The position numbers were made by a program, and so were the translations under genes. A stretch of DNA of 64,000 nucleotides, from assembly GCA_964187785.1 (NCBI GenBank), contig OZ076409.1:49044001-49108000 (forward strand), in the 5' to 3' direction. A model generated the notes under the pieces. It did no database searches, was not told where the DNA came from, and saw only the letters and a program-made list of their open reading frames with translations. This document shows, piece after piece, positions 23,601 to 37,140 of this stretch. Source of the stretch: Amphiscolops sp. MND2022 (taxonomy: Eukaryota). The first letter of the stretch is position 1. Each line of letters begins with the position of its first letter.

Positions 23601-25585
23601 GCTAGCGATTTTTTCTTCAAGTTTGATGGATTAGAGAGATCAAGTCTTAGAAAGACTTAGAGTCTGCAAGGTTGGCAGAATCCGTCGAATCGAGGTAATG
23701 TTTTGGTCTACCCAGCTGAAAAGTGCAAGAAATAAGATAAAATTCATATTCGAAGCTTATGGGAGTCTAGGTGAGGCTCGACACATGTTTTTTCGACAAC
23801 AAGAGCTTTTTCCACTCATCAGGAACTATACATGGTGCAAGAATTGCGACAGATTTGAGCTGAGGAGGAGAGATTAATAAACAGTTTTTCCAGAAAAGAA
23901 TTGGACATATCTGAGGTCCCTTGCTTTAGTTTTTTCCTCGTTGTTTAAAACAAATAATCCAACTCTCTTCAGAGATTCCAATAGTCTCCAGAGAGTAAAA
24001 GTATTTCTTAAGATGAAGTGGAAGACTGCACTCTGTGGACTTGATATACACTGGAGATAAGAAATTCGCAGACTTTTAGCTTTCCGTATGTCATCGCAGT
24101 TTGATTTGTTAGCAAATGGTTCACTGAACATTATCTTAAGGAATGCGCTAAAAAACTGAATGTTTTTGAAATTTTCATGAACTCTTTGATGGTGGTATTT
24201 GCGACTTACTTCTGTTCAAAAATATTCTTGTCCAGTTCTGCAGCAGTTTCGACTAATTCATTACATTGTCCAGCTTTGAAACTGGCCTTCTCAAAATTTC
24301 TTTGTATAGATTTAGGGCATACGTTTTTGACTCAACTGATTTTCGATTTCCACAGAGGGGGTACCGAACCTTACCGTGCTAACTTTCGATTGTTTCATTC
24401 GTATCAACGGTCGTTTACTCAGCTGGGCTTTGACAAACAAAAGATGTCGAATTAGTTTTCGATGACGAATTTGTGAGACTTTAAAATCTCAATTGTAAAA
24501 GTTTAGATAATCAATTCTGGATGTGTTCATAGCGTATTGAAGAAATTTTCAACCTTGAAAAAATTCAAAACGACTGTGACTTGAGGATGTGTTTGGTGTA
24601 GCCGCGGCAATGTATTCGATTATGTTAACCATGCGGATCGTTTTGGTAATCAAAATTGAATCCAAAACACAGCAGGCATTATTTTTTTGTTGGGATTCCG
24701 CCTTATCAATACTATTAAGAAACTCTTTTTCCAAATTATCATCAGCTCACATATAGTTCGAATTTATTGTAGGAACATCAAAGTAGTCGTAATTGAAGAT
24801 GTCACAGAACGTGCTTTTAACTGTGAGATTCTATTGGATTCTAGAGATTTTCACTGGCGTAACAGTACTTGCTGTTCGTAGGTGATTGAAAACACGGGTT
24901 AATCAAAATGTTTCCCAAAACTAAGAGCGCATAGAGCAACTGATCAGCTAAAGTAAAAAAAAGTTGCTCAAATTTAATGGATGTTAGAACAGAGATCGTT
25001 GTACATCCGTGTGCAATGTCTTCGGTTGCTACGTTGACGATCGGATAGTATTTATTTTAGAGAGAAACAGTTCGCCTTCAGTGATTGCATCAGTTCCAGA
25101 CAATTTCGTAGTCACTGGCTAAAAGATAAATGGCAAACTATTTTCTTCCATTCTCTTCTAACAAGCTCTTGAACTTACAAAAACACCTATACTCCCTCGA
25201 ATAAATAAGTTCGTCTGGACTATTTTTGACAGGTTTCTGAATCAAATACAACACTCCATTTCGAATAAAAAACATTTCTCAAATGACAATTCTCCGGCCA
25301 ATCTAATTTTTTGCAATAGTTTTTCGTCCCGTAGCAGTTGTTCTTCGATAAATATACTTGGTATTTTCAGGCGTCGCTTTTAAAGAGCCCACCTTTTACA
25401 ATCACTGGTTTTTTGTTTTCTCAAACACCATCCCGATAATGGCGAAACATTTGTTCACTTTGCTCAACTAAACGAATACCTCGGAAACGCATCCAAGTTA
25501 GTGCAAAAGGTCGCTCCTTTTATTTTTAGTCGGTGCATTTGTGAAGCAAAAAAATGCCAGAATCTTACAGTGACGCTTTTATTCC

Positions 25586-26060
25586 TTTTTAGTAGGCGTC
25601 TTTTCCCTTAAGAAAAAAAGCCCGACTATTATAGTACGTAGTTTTTTTCAGCTGACAATATCACTCTGTGTGGTAAACTTTTCTCACAATTTTCATCTTG
25701 CATTTCATCTTGCATACAATCTTGAAAGGTATTGTACATCATCTGAGAAACTAAACGGGACCAAAGGGTACTCGGATATAACGTTTTCAAAGATCGGATA
25801 TAACGTTTTCAATATTCGGATATAGTTTTTTCAAAGTTCCGAAATAACGTTTTCAAAGTTCGGATATAACGTTTTCAAAGTTCCGATATAATGTTTTCAA
25901 AGTTCGGATGTAACGTTTTCAAAGTTTAGATGTATTGTTTTCAAAGTTCGGAGAAAAAGCTTTCATTTTTTTCCAATTTTGTTTCCGATTTTTTCCCAAA
26001 AATTCTACACGATTTGTTGAGCCTTAGACATGGCGCCGACTTGTGCCGTTCCCTACTTTT
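25586..26060 (+). mobile_element. HINE-like element, copy B, with internal 22-bp tandem array
   Basis: 5' tttttAGTAGGCGTCttttcccttaagaaaaaaagcccgact and 3' GGCGCCGACTtgtgccgttccctactttt match the reverse complement of copy C ends. Confidence 0.8.
25772..25953. repeat. 22-bp minisatellite, ~8.3 copies
   Basis: Consensus TCGGATATAACGTTTTCAAAGT, head-to-tail with no spacers. Confidence 0.95.
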
Positions 26061-26149
26061 TTGTCCAGACCACAGACCTCACACTGAAATGTCATTTTTA
26101 ACTGAAACTACTAAACTACTAGACCGGCCAAGTCCAGCCTGTGGAAACC

Positions 26150-26632
26150 TAATGCAAAGGGTCCCACTTTCATTTTTTTACCTTTTTAACGGAATATGCA
26201 AAACGAGACGAGACTAAAAGGTCCCCCTTTCAATTTTTTAGGCACTGTGAGTCTTTTTTCGGAAACTTTTTAAAATGTCTACAAAGGGTCCCCCTTCAAA
26301 TTTTTCGATATTTTGCAACGGAATGGATGTTTAATCAATCCCAAAGAGTCCCCTTTTTAAATTTTTCGGCACTATGAGATTGTTCAAAATTCTCAATTTT
26401 CGTCTGATATTAGGTTTTGTCAAACTATATTCAATGTTTCTTTCAACACCATCCGAATTTCTGACTCACTATCCGAAGTAAAGCGCTTTTTGAGTTGCTC
26501 GAAAATTCGAGGCACCCTTAAGGTGTTCCGACATTCTTCTGCAAGTTTTTTATGAAATAAAAGTCCTGATCTCAAAAACTTTGTGTTTTTTCAGCCCTAA
26601 GAGGGTCGCCAACGTGAGACGTTCCTGTCTTC
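26150..26632 (+). mobile_element. HINE-like element, partial diverged copy D
   Basis: Repeated aaagggtccccc-ttcaatttttt core units and a degenerate 3' end (gagggtcgccaacgtgagacgttcctgtctt). Confidence 0.55.
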
Positions 26633-27089
26633 TATCTTCATGTTCTCGAGCTCATACGCTTCACCATTGATGCATAATACTCAATAATACGACTTCACAA
26701 GCATTCGTCAAGATAACGTTGAGTTAAGGTCAAACGCATTGAGCCAGTGAGGGTCGGATATTATATTTATTTGTCAACTCCCAAATATTTCAAATCATAC
26801 ACCAAATATTCTTAATGAGAAGGTTGTTTTCGATCAGCTTTCAAGGAGTCTTTTTCGTCGCCAAACTCAATTTGTCTTTGCTTTCTAGCTTTCATTTAAA
26901 GTATATCAGTAAGCCGTAGTTCTAGTTAAAAATTTGACAAGTAGGTCTAAAAGGGGGATACATATCATTTTCAACTGATGTCCACTAGGGCGCTGCTTAA
27001 AGTACGGTTGCCCGCTCATTCAGGATTTGCTTCACGTGGTCGAAAGATTTTCCCCGTCGATTTCGCTATTTTCCCATGGACAGTGAGTG

Positions 27090-27290
27090 TAAAACTATCG
27101 CAGAAGAGGTTGTCCAAAAAATCTCGATCCTCAAAGAAATTGAGCTCTTCTTCGGTGTATACTAGGCAAGAGCTGTGAAACAGCATCTCGCAAAGTTCGC
27201 ACTGGATCCCGTTTTTGCCGTCTGTTTTGTTGCAGGTTTTTGCAGGAGTTATCTTGCTTTGAGGCCAGTCTGCTCCCAATTGTAGTTATT
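27090..27290 (-). pseudogene. Degenerate PHD-finger coding fragment (likely TE-derived, e.g. CR1-group ORF1)
   Basis: SCK[+1 frameshift]TCNKTDGKNGIQCELCEMLFHSSC...LFCDSF fits C4HC3 spacing, with the last Cys lost. Confidence 0.6.
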
Positions 27291-27609
27291 TTGATATGAA
27301 ACCATTCAAACTGGCACTTCTTCGAGTTGCCTGCATAACATCGAGTAGTATGTGGACCTGGTGAATGAAATGCGAAAACTAGAGGGACATTTTAAGTCAC
27401 GAAACTTTTTGTGAAATTTCAGATTTTTTGTATAAGTTTTTGCAACCTTAAATAACGCTAGAAAATCCACGCATCTCAGCAAGGGAATGTATCTTTTATA
27501 GGAAACCTTGATCAATATCTTTTATAAACACTTGACGAAAAAAAACGACCTAATGATCAGTTCTTTATGCAACTTGCAACGTTTAAACGTTTAGGGACTT
27601 AGGGACGAA

Positions 27610-27612
<3 letters not shown>

Positions 27613-27685
<73 letters not shown>

Positions 27686-27731
27686 CTCTCGCTTTCTCTC
27701 GTCCTCTCGTCCTCTCGTCCTCTCGTCTCTC
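27613..27731. repeat. (TC)n microsatellite with a (GTCCTCTC)-type degenerate tail
   Basis: About 35 TC units at 27613-27682, then gtcctctc variants. Confidence 0.97.
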
Positions 27732-30059
27732 GAGTGAATCATGGTTGCGGGCTGTATGTAGAAATTATAAAAGTCACGTAGTTCTTATTTAAAGTTTTCA
27801 TCTCGACTCGACTTCTATGCCGAAATAGTTCAATACAGAACTGATTTCATATGAAGTTATATGAAACGCGCTTGAGGCATCAAATACTGATTGCGAGAAG
27901 ATAATGTTGTACGAAAATATGGACTTCAACTTGCTTTCAGGCAATCGACGTTTGTGGCGTTCGCGTTCAAGAAACCGATAAAATGCTTGAAGAAGGTGAT
28001 AATGACAACTGACATTCGACAGTTGAAACCGTTAAACATGCATTACGTGTGTCGAATTGGAATCGAGATGAACAATAATAATTAACATTTAGCAATGATA
28101 AATAATAGAAATCCATATATGGAGTGATAGAACTCTACCCGAGTGCATGAATAGCTACATTTTTGTAAAAACTTCAATTAAAACTCTCAAAAATTGAATG
28201 CTTGTTTTTTTCTTGGAAAATATAGTTAGATCATGGCAACATATTGACAATGGCATCAGGTAAGATTCAAAGGGTTTGAACCCCTTTCAATGGAAATTAC
28301 TAAGCCATAGCAAAAACGATGATTTAAAGCGAATTCGTAATAGCCATCTAGACATTGATTTTCATCAATCAAAAAATAACCAAATAATTTATGAAAGTCT
28401 ATAGACTTTATTGATAATCATTAGCAAAATTAAATATAAAGAGTCCAACGTCAATAGCCGAATACGGAGAAAAAGCAACTTAATAAATTCTATTGGACAA
28501 TTCTCTCTTATTCATTATCGGAGTTGGATCAATTGATAAATTTTTTTTTAAAAGCCTGAAAAAAATTAAAAAGCCTGAAATGCAGAATTGAATAAATACG
28601 TGAAAGTTATGAACGAAAAAATAGTTACTAACAAGGTATTCGTAGCAAATGAGGCTCTTCTTGAGTCCCCTAGCGGCCATTTTTGTTAAATAATTAAATT
28701 GGGTTTGCTAATACACTTTTTGAGAATAATTTTTCGAACTGAAGTGTCGAGTCTATATGATGGAGTGTTCTTGGTTCAGAAGACTGTTAGCATACTCAAT
28801 GGAATAGTAAAATGATAGGGCTACTATAATAAAGTAAGGCTTTTAATGGATCGCGGAGCGGATAAAGTAAAAAAAATTACAATTATTATCATAGCAAGGT
28901 AACATAGTTAATACCATGAGAGCAGTTTTTCAAAAAATTCTCAGCAAACTAATAATTTTGTACAACGGTTAGGTCGCTTTTTCAGTTGGTAAATTTGTGA
29001 ATGAATTGGTTTTTTCTTCAATTTAAAGAAACGTTGAAATTCAATTAAACTGTAGCTTAAATGGGAAATAATATTGGGAATTGTTGAACTTTCACTGTAA
29101 TAGAAAAGTACTTCAGATAATTGAATGCTCTAATAACTTTTTGTGACTTTGTGGAAATGCTGAGAAGTAGTTGTAGCAGAACTTGTGGATACTTTTGAGA
29201 AGGCATATGGTGAAAAATAGGAAACGCTTTTTACTTGAATAAGCGACAACGCATCAGTGGGTAAACATTTGTTTACAGTGAAGCCTGTTGCTGGGCGAAC
29301 AGATTGTAAAATGACCGATGAAAACTATCACGCTTTCCTAGCTATGGCAAGTTTTTCATGCTTCATCTTTTTATCTGAAGTGCAACTTTAGACCTTGCGC
29401 CTTTACAACTTTTTTCCCGATTATTTATTGATTTCAGATATCAAACGAAATTATTTGGAGTTGTAAAAATTTTTATCAGGAAGCTCTGGGTCACTTATCA
29501 AAAATAACTTTGGTTATTTGAAAGGAAAAGATTAATAAACCCAATAGAAGTCTTTCTTACCGGCAATAATATCCACGATTGATCAAGGCATAAAAACTTG
29601 TTGAAATGGGCTGGATAATTTTTGAAGGACTAATTCTAATGAGTTAAGTCGGCGCCATTTTTAAAACATTGAGATAAAAAGTTGTGAAAAAGTTCCCAAG
29701 AGGGTGTGTCGGAGATGGAAGTGATTATTATTTACGATACATGTGGCATTTTTTCATTTTTGTCGCGTTTTAATTGGATACCGATTGTGAGACGCCGAAG
29801 TTATCTCTTTCACTTCATCCGAGAAACCACTCAGCCCATCGCAAAGAATGATAGCATGTCTAGGTTTTCAATAGACCTGGCTATTAAGTAGTAATTCATT
29901 ACGATACATATTACAAAGTTTTTGGTAAGCAGATGAAATCTTTTTTCTTTATTCGCTGAGAGAAAAACCCTGCTTTCTAGGTTACCTTGAGTTTTTATCA
30001 AAAACGGGCCGGTCACACTTTCTGGAGTTCCCAAAGGAAAAGTTTTAATCAAAATTTGT

Positions 30060-30747
30060 GCAACATTTTTTCCTCCTTAAGCTAATACAAACAAGTGCCT
30101 ATGCATTCATGGATGACCAACATGCACACATCTTTATCCTCTGACGTACTTTTTGCGCATTTGGTTTCTTAGTCAACCTCGAGTTTTTTCTTCAAGGACT
30201 AGTTTTGGTTGTGGCTTTTCAGAGAATCAATCCATCTTGAAAATTGTAGAGTAATACATCTAGAGTGCATCCAAAAGAATCGCTCCGGAAGGTTTGCAGA
30301 AGTATGCTGGTGGCTGGGTACGACTTTCCACACGTACGACTGCCAGTTGTAATACCAGTTGGAAACTCGCGAGTGAAGTCTTTGAACCACACTGAGCAAG
30401 CGCCCAGTCGGCAGCTCAGGTATTTAGACCTGGCACAAAGACGAAAGAGGAAACCATACAGTCTCTTCAAGAGCCACAAAACTTGTTGGCCGGTGAAATC
30501 AGGACCCCTGACCAGAGAATCTACACCCTCAGAGACCGAAATCAACGGGGAAAAATGATGAGACATAGAAATTAGGCGGAGCTCTGCTGAAAATTGAACA
30601 TTCCATGAATAATCCATCTGGAGAATCAAACGTGCTCTGGGAACATGATGAGGCTCAGGTGAGCGCCTCGATTTCAGCTCTTCCCACTTTTTCTCAGGAT
30701 GGTACTTCCGAAACGGGAGACACTGTTGGTTACTTGGCGGCTGAAGT
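30060..30747 (+). pseudogene. Possible remnant of an older Gypsy integrase C-terminus (target of the next insertion)
   Basis: Fragments VFRPG.K, W..GEI...RIYTLRDRNQRGKMMRHRN resemble the GPY/F-type integrase tail. Heavily decayed. Confidence 0.3.
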
Positions 30748-30965
30748 TGTTTTATTCTAAGACTATGAAGCTAAGATGAGGGGAAAGCATATAAAGTACA
30801 AGCTTTCTAATTTCGTACTGTATCACGAACAAATGTATCACAAATGAGTATGTTTAATCTCAGTTCCTTTTGAGTTTATTTACTAGCAACTTGTATAGTC
30901 TTCTAGACTAATGTTCATGAACCGAAGCTCGGTAACGGTCAAGGGAACGGACGACCCGTACAACA
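30748..30965 (-). repeat. 3' LTR
   Basis: tgttttattctaag...cgtacaaca, a direct repeat of 37141-37357. Confidence 0.92.
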
Positions 30966-30985
30966 TTTCCCCATCTCTCTCCTTC
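30966..30985 (-). promoter_or_regulatory. Polypurine tract
   Basis: Minus strand reads GAAGGAGAGAGATGGGGAAA immediately before the LTR TG. Confidence 0.85.
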
Positions 30986-31699
30986 TCGGTGGTTTCTTGT
31001 TTCAGTTGACGAGGGTCTTCGATGTGGCTATTGCTGAAGATCCGGGTGGTATCAAGTCCGGATCATTAGGAAAGAAATCTGCCGGCTTCTGTATTGCCTC
31101 CGGTTGAAGCATTCCGTCATCTCGAGTCTATGTTGTTGTACCTGTAACAGATCAGAAAACTATTTTTTGTCTTTATTCTTAGTCCCAGAAAGTTCCTGTA
31201 TAGGGTAAGCAACCGTATCTATTCAGTTTATTAACATTTCGGTTTGAACACCGTTTTATAGGTTCAAGATTCTCACAGGATAATTCCCCCATCGCGATGG
31301 ATCTGTACGGCATCCTCTTCCGGATTTGTTCGAATCGGAATGTACCTGCCGTCTCGTCCCGAAGTGTCGTACGATGGTCTTCCGGTCATTCCTTCATCTT
31401 CGTCTTCTTCATCATCTTCTTTTCTGTCAGTATTCGTCGTTTACCGGTTTTGCACTATCTTTGGCTTTCCGTATAGTACGTCCTACCGTATAGTACGGAG
31501 GATTTCGTCTTACCGGCCATACTTCACGTCAAGCCCCCGTAGACAGTGTCTGTATTTCAGCTGTAATTCGTCGCTAGCTTGGGGGTTTGTTCCCGTCTCA
31601 CTTTCTTTCGGTCTGAAATATTGAGCCCGACATAAACGTTTGGCTTATTTTTTCCCATGTTTTGTTTTTACTGTATTTCCGGTTTCACCCATTGCGGTT

Positions 31700-34600
31700 G
31701 TTTATTTATTTTGGAACTTTCTCTCTGGAGATTTTTTGCTGTGGTTTTTTGTACGAATTTGAAAGGATAGCACCATTGTTTCCCGTAGCACCGATGTTTT
31801 CTTTTTCAGTCGTTTCAGTCGTTCCAATGATTGCTTCTCTTCGGCTGTGACCCGTGCCACCACTGTGTTGTTCTGATGAAAAATCTGATCAATCAGATGA
31901 GTACGTTTTGCCGACTTCAATGATGTTTGCTAATTCAGTTCTTGGTTTCCTTCCGTGATGTAATTGGAAAGGAGTTCCTTTTAGTCCCGTGAGTGCTGTG
32001 AATCGCGTTACTCGTATTGCTCGGTTTACGCATCCGGTTAGGTTTTGGCCGTCTCCCATGTTAGCTTTTACCAGATTCTTTGAATTCCGGATTGCTCATT
32101 CTACTCCTTCAATTCCAGCATGTATTCGGGGCGTGCTGTATCCAATTTCCATGTTCCGATTGTTACAAAACTCCCAGTATTGTTCCGAGATAAAGGCGCC
32201 TCCTTAATCTGATTTGATTTTCTCCGTTTATCCGTATAAAGTATAATTACTCCAAAAAAACTTTTTACTTCTTTTGTTTCCGGTGTTTCACAAAGTTTCA
32301 CGGTTGGCCATTTGCTAAATCAGCCCACTGCAATTAGTATTTGTAGGTCTTTGTGAATGTTTTTGTTTTGTAGTTTTCCCGTAAAATCAATTTGTTTCTC
32401 TTGTACCGGTTCGGTTATTTTTTCTAAAATCACAAAATAATGGTTTGATATATTTTTAATTGAAACGAGGATGCCGTGCAGTCCTCAACTTTCGTTGCAA
32501 TAGCCTTAATAAATTTTCGAATACCGGCTGGTATCCGCCTGATGCGGTTTCTCGGTCTTCTCTCCTCGTACTGCTTCTGACACGGGTAAACTTCAGATCT
32601 ATCGCGGTTTTTGAAACGAACGTCTTCAAATCCATCAAAAACTCAATTTCTGCTTTTTTGATGATTTCTTTAGTACCTTTGTTGTTTGCTCTCAATCTGA
32701 ATGGATTTGCTTCCTTTCCGTTTGTGTCGTATTTACTTAAGTTCACTGTCGGTAAATTATCTCCGAGCAATATTGCGCTGTCTTTCTTCGTACCTTCCGG
32801 TTTTTGGTCAATTTCTCCTTCTTCCGGATTTTCACCGGACCCTTTCGGTATTGGAAAGTATCCTCCACCCAGTCTGTTTGCTCTTCTCATAAATGTGGCG
32901 CCAATCTCAGCGGCATTTTCTGGACTTGTTTGTTTTGCCGGGACGGTGCAAAGACCGTTCACTGTGTTTGGTGGTCATACCGTTGTCTCAGGGACCGGGA
33001 TCGGGATAAAGCGTTTCTTTGCTTCGCGGTCCATGTTTTCAATTCACATTTTTTTCAATAATATAATGCTGGAATTTGAAGAGCTAATATCGGACTGCTC
33101 GGAAAACATTATTTTGCTCTGCTCTGTTCGGTTTGTTCACGTTGGTTTTGTTCTTGATATTCTATTTGTTGTGATTGGCTCTATCTGTGCTCATTTTGTG
33201 CTTCAGAGTTGTCGGTAGATAATTATGTTTTACCTTTCTGGCGTTTTGATTGATCTGTGCATGTTTGCCAGAATTTTGAGTTCAATTCAACTTGTTCGGT
33301 TATAATGTTAATTACATATTCTTCATCGTAATCTTCCGGCGTGGCTCACCTACCGGATTTCTGCTGAGATAGTCGGTAAATTTCAAATTACCTGTCCGTC
33401 AATTTGTTGTATTAGGTTATCGAAATGCGCCAATCGTTCTAGCCACCGTGGTAATTATTAGCGGTTCTAACTCCTGGTGGTGCGTGTTTATGTATACTTT
33501 CTAACCGTAGATACAAAATTGGAGTTTCTCCAACTCCGACACTACCGCTGGTATTTCTGACTCACCGATGGAGTTTTCCTCCTAGTTTCGTTTGGATATC
33601 TGCTGCCGTGTGCTATTGGTTTTGTTTTTCCGTCGTCTTGTGTTTGCCCCAATGTTATATTGAGGCCGGTTGTGCTAGCATTTTTTGTTATTTTTCGCAT
33701 AGTCTGCTAGACATGGTACTTCGGCTAACATTTGTTTATTTTTCCAAAATCTTTCCGTTGTTCGTTTCCTCCTATCCAAGGTTTTTTTTCAGTAGTTCTC
33801 GCAGACGATTGGTCAGATCCGAAAAACTCCGCAAGAATTTGCCTTAAATTGTAATGTTCAGAGAAATGATTTCAATTCCTTTATGTTTTCCTGTGGTTTT
33901 AGTTCCAATATGGCTTCCACTTTCTCTTCATCCATTTGACTCCGTTCTCATCATTCTCGTGTCCCTTTTGGTTCATGAAGAACTCGAATTTCCTCTTGAT
34001 TGCTCGGTATCCGTTTTTTAGTTTACTAAGGACGTCAAACAGTTTTTTCTCGTGGTCCTGTTCATTTCCGGACAATTGTCTTCGTGCTTCCGGACAATTG
34101 TTGCGGCGTCTAACAATGTTCATCATTTCACGTGTAGCTTCTCAGTAGCGAAAATTTTCGCTATTCATGTTTTCAATTTCTTTTACCAGTTTCCCACTGG
34201 AACGTGAGGTGCTAATATCAGACTGCCCGGGTATAGTTGTTTCGCTCTGTTTGGTTTTATTCACGTTGATTTCATTCTCGAATATTCTATTCGTATTTGA
34301 TTGGTTCTTTTCATTCTCAATTTGTTTTTCACTATTGTCGTTACGTAATTCGGTTTTATCTATCTTGCGTTTTGATTAGCTGGCGACTACTAGTCTTTGT
34401 TTCAAGTTCAATTCAGCTTATTCGTTTATTATGTTAATTACGTATTCTTCATCTTAGTTTCCTTCGGACGTGGCTCCTCTACCTGATCTGTGCTGAAATA
34501 GTTGGTGAGTTTCAAATTACTGCCGGCAATGGGCTGTTTTGGTTTATCGAATTCCGTGAAACCACCGTTTTACCATCGCGCTATAATGTTCAATGCGCCA

Positions 34601-37093
34601 GACCCGTTAAATAAATTGCTCTAAAGCTTGGTGGTCCGTATATAGGTGTTCTCTTTTCCCGTAAAAATTGAAATGGAATTTCGCCAATCCCCACAAAACT
34701 GCTAGTAAATCTAGCTCATCGATGGAGTGTTTTCCTCGGTTTCGTTTAAATATCTACTATCAATTGTGATCAGTTTTGTGTTTCGTCATCTTGTTTCTGT
34801 CACGAGTCTAGATTTACTAGCATCTGTTGTAACTATGTTGTCTTTGTCTTTCGCATAGTGTGCTAGTCAAGTTCCTTCGGTTACCATTTGCTTTTTTTCC
34901 AAACTCTTTTCATTGTTCATCTTGCCATATCCATATTACGTTCTTTTCAAATCATTTTCAGTTAGTTTGGAAAGTTTCGATAAATATTTTGCGACGCATT
35001 GTTTCCGAGAGGTGAGTCCAGTTTTTTGTGTTTTCGGTGGATTTAGATCCAGTATAGCTTCTCTTTTTCTACATTCGGTGTAATTCCGTTTACATCAATC
35101 TTGTGTCCCAGCCAAATGATTTGGTTCACGAAGAAGTCGGATCTTTACTCGCTTTCTTTTTAAACTACCTTTTCTAGTTTACTTGGGACGTCAAATATGT
35201 TTTTCTCTTGGTCGGGTGCATTTCCTCTGGTTACTACAATTATGTCGTCTAACCAAGCCAAAGATCTGTATCCGAGTGTTCAATCATTTTTTTCGGACAC
35301 TAGTGGGTATATCGCCAGGTCCGGAAATCCGTTTTTTGAAGCTGTAGAAATTTCCCCGGTTAAAGTGAATACGCATTGTTGGCTTGATTGTTTAGATAGT
35401 TTCAATTGTCCGTATGCGTAGTCCAGATCTATGTTTTAAATGAATAGGTGTACTGTTCAGGCGCGCGCATTTTCTACCAACATTTCATTCAGGAGTTCTT
35501 CCATTTTCGGCATTTGACGACTCATATAAAAACCACTATAGTTCGACTTTCGTAAGTCTTAAGTTATCTTCACCGATTTATCATTTTTCACAGTTATAAC
35601 TACCGGGGATACAAAACAATCTCTGTCATTGTCATTTATCTTCTTCAGATGTCCTGACTTTATCAATCTCTCTATTTCTCGTCCCACACCTACCTACAGA
35701 TGTACTGATACCGACTTGGCTTTTCGTTTTACTGGGTAGTTTCCCGGCTTTATCTGGATAAATTTTTCGGTGGTATTTTTTGTTTCATTATCCGCAAACA
35801 AGTCCTGAAATCTTTTGAATGCTTTCTAACATTCTGCATGGCCGTTCTCGGCCAATTTTATTCTTCCGATTGTCAGTTTCAATCCTTTCCTCCAGTCTAT
35901 ACCGGGGTATGGTGCAATGTCCGTTCTTTTAGTTATTTGAACCAACCTTTTTTGTTTGTTGTTTTCGTATTCCATGTTTAGCGGACTTTCCCCAAAAAAT
36001 TCCACCTCGTTTTTGTTTTCATCTTTGTATCTGTTTGTTACTTTCTGTATTTCAGTTGATTTCAGTACCTTTCCGACTATCGGCAATATCGTTAAATTCG
36101 GTCCGGTATCATTTATGAACGCTTCTTTCATTCCGTTAATTTTGCTGTTGCAGTGTAATGTTTGTTCTTTTCATCGATTGTTTTTCTTTCTTTTATTCGA
36201 TGTCTACTTTCGTCCGACTCGCTTGATGTTTCATTTCGTTCTTCTGTCTCTTCTTTGGTTAGTTTTCGTTTGTTCGCTTGTTGTTGAAGTTTTTTCTACA
36301 TGCTTTTGCGTAATGGCCTTTCTTTCCGCATTTGTTGCAGTTTGCCTCTTCTTCCAGGCACTTGTGTAACGGTGTCCCGTTCTGTACATTGCATTATGTG
36401 CATGGTATAGTTCCTGTTGGTCGTACCGAACTTGTCCATTCTTTCTATCCGTTTTTTTGTTGTCGTGTGTTTTTCTTTCGCTGTGATTTATTGATGCCTC
36501 TGGTATTGTATTCTTCTTGTTCTACTTTTGCTGAGCTGTTTGTTTGAATATATCAACCGTTTTTTTATTCAGTTCCAATGTTTGTTTCATCACCTTGTCC
36601 CGTAGTTGTTTGTCGGTGATTGCAGTCTTAATTGTGGATATTAATGTTTTTTCAGCTGAAGTTTTGTTGATGTTCATTTCTTTTTCAATTGCGATAAGTC
36701 GTCTTCAGAATTCGTTGGTTGTTTCGTCTCCAGTTAGTTTAGCCAAGCGGAAATCTCCGCGGTTGTGGTATGTATTGCGTTTAGCACAGTAATATTGGTT
36801 GAATAACTGGATCAAATTTTTCCTTTTTATGCTATCCTGTTCCGTTTTACACTCGTTCCCGGTTATTTGATACAGTGCTTCGGGTCCCACTTCCCAGATG
36901 ACGTCTTCTTGGATAAGTTGTTTTTTTCCGGTCTACCGGTTTCAGTGACTCCTTGCAATAGAGATGAAATGTCTATTTTATCTTCTCGCTTCGTAGATTG
37001 TGGGAATCGTTCCAACCATCGTCTAAATGTATAAACCGCATTTCTTTCCAAAGACTTTGCTTCCAGGTTCGGTACTATTTTTTTCTCAGCCAT
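31700..37093 (-). pseudogene. Gypsy gag-pol pseudogene with many stops and frameshifts
   Basis: Gag start MAEKKIVPN (37093); zinc knuckle CNKCGKKGHYAKAC (36298-36339); protease INDTG (~36110); RT AWLDDIIVV (~35250); RNase H; integrase QIDFTGKL, KWPTV, IKSD.GGAFIS (~32100-32400). Confidence 0.9.
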
Positions 37094-37130
37094 AACAAAT
37101 TCGCTCCAATTTGTTTGTTAAAAATTGTCT

Positions 37131-37140
37131 GACTACGCCA
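37131..37140 (-). promoter_or_regulatory. Primer-binding site, tRNA-Ser-like
   Basis: TGGCGTAGTC directly after the 5' LTR is complementary to the GACUACG-CCA end of metazoan tRNA-Ser(AGA). Confidence 0.75.

Noticed and set aside
25772..25953. CRISPR-like array
   Set aside because: Units are head-to-tail with no unique spacers and no cas genes, in a eukaryotic TE context.
28300..29700. Possible hAT transposase relic; similar suspicion for 23700-25400 and 54400-55900
   Set aside because: No motif could be reconstructed convincingly by eye.
32460..33218. 252-aa plus-strand ORF
   Set aside because: Antisense shadow of the minus-strand Gypsy pol; the Phe/Ser/Leu-rich composition is expected from the complementary strand.
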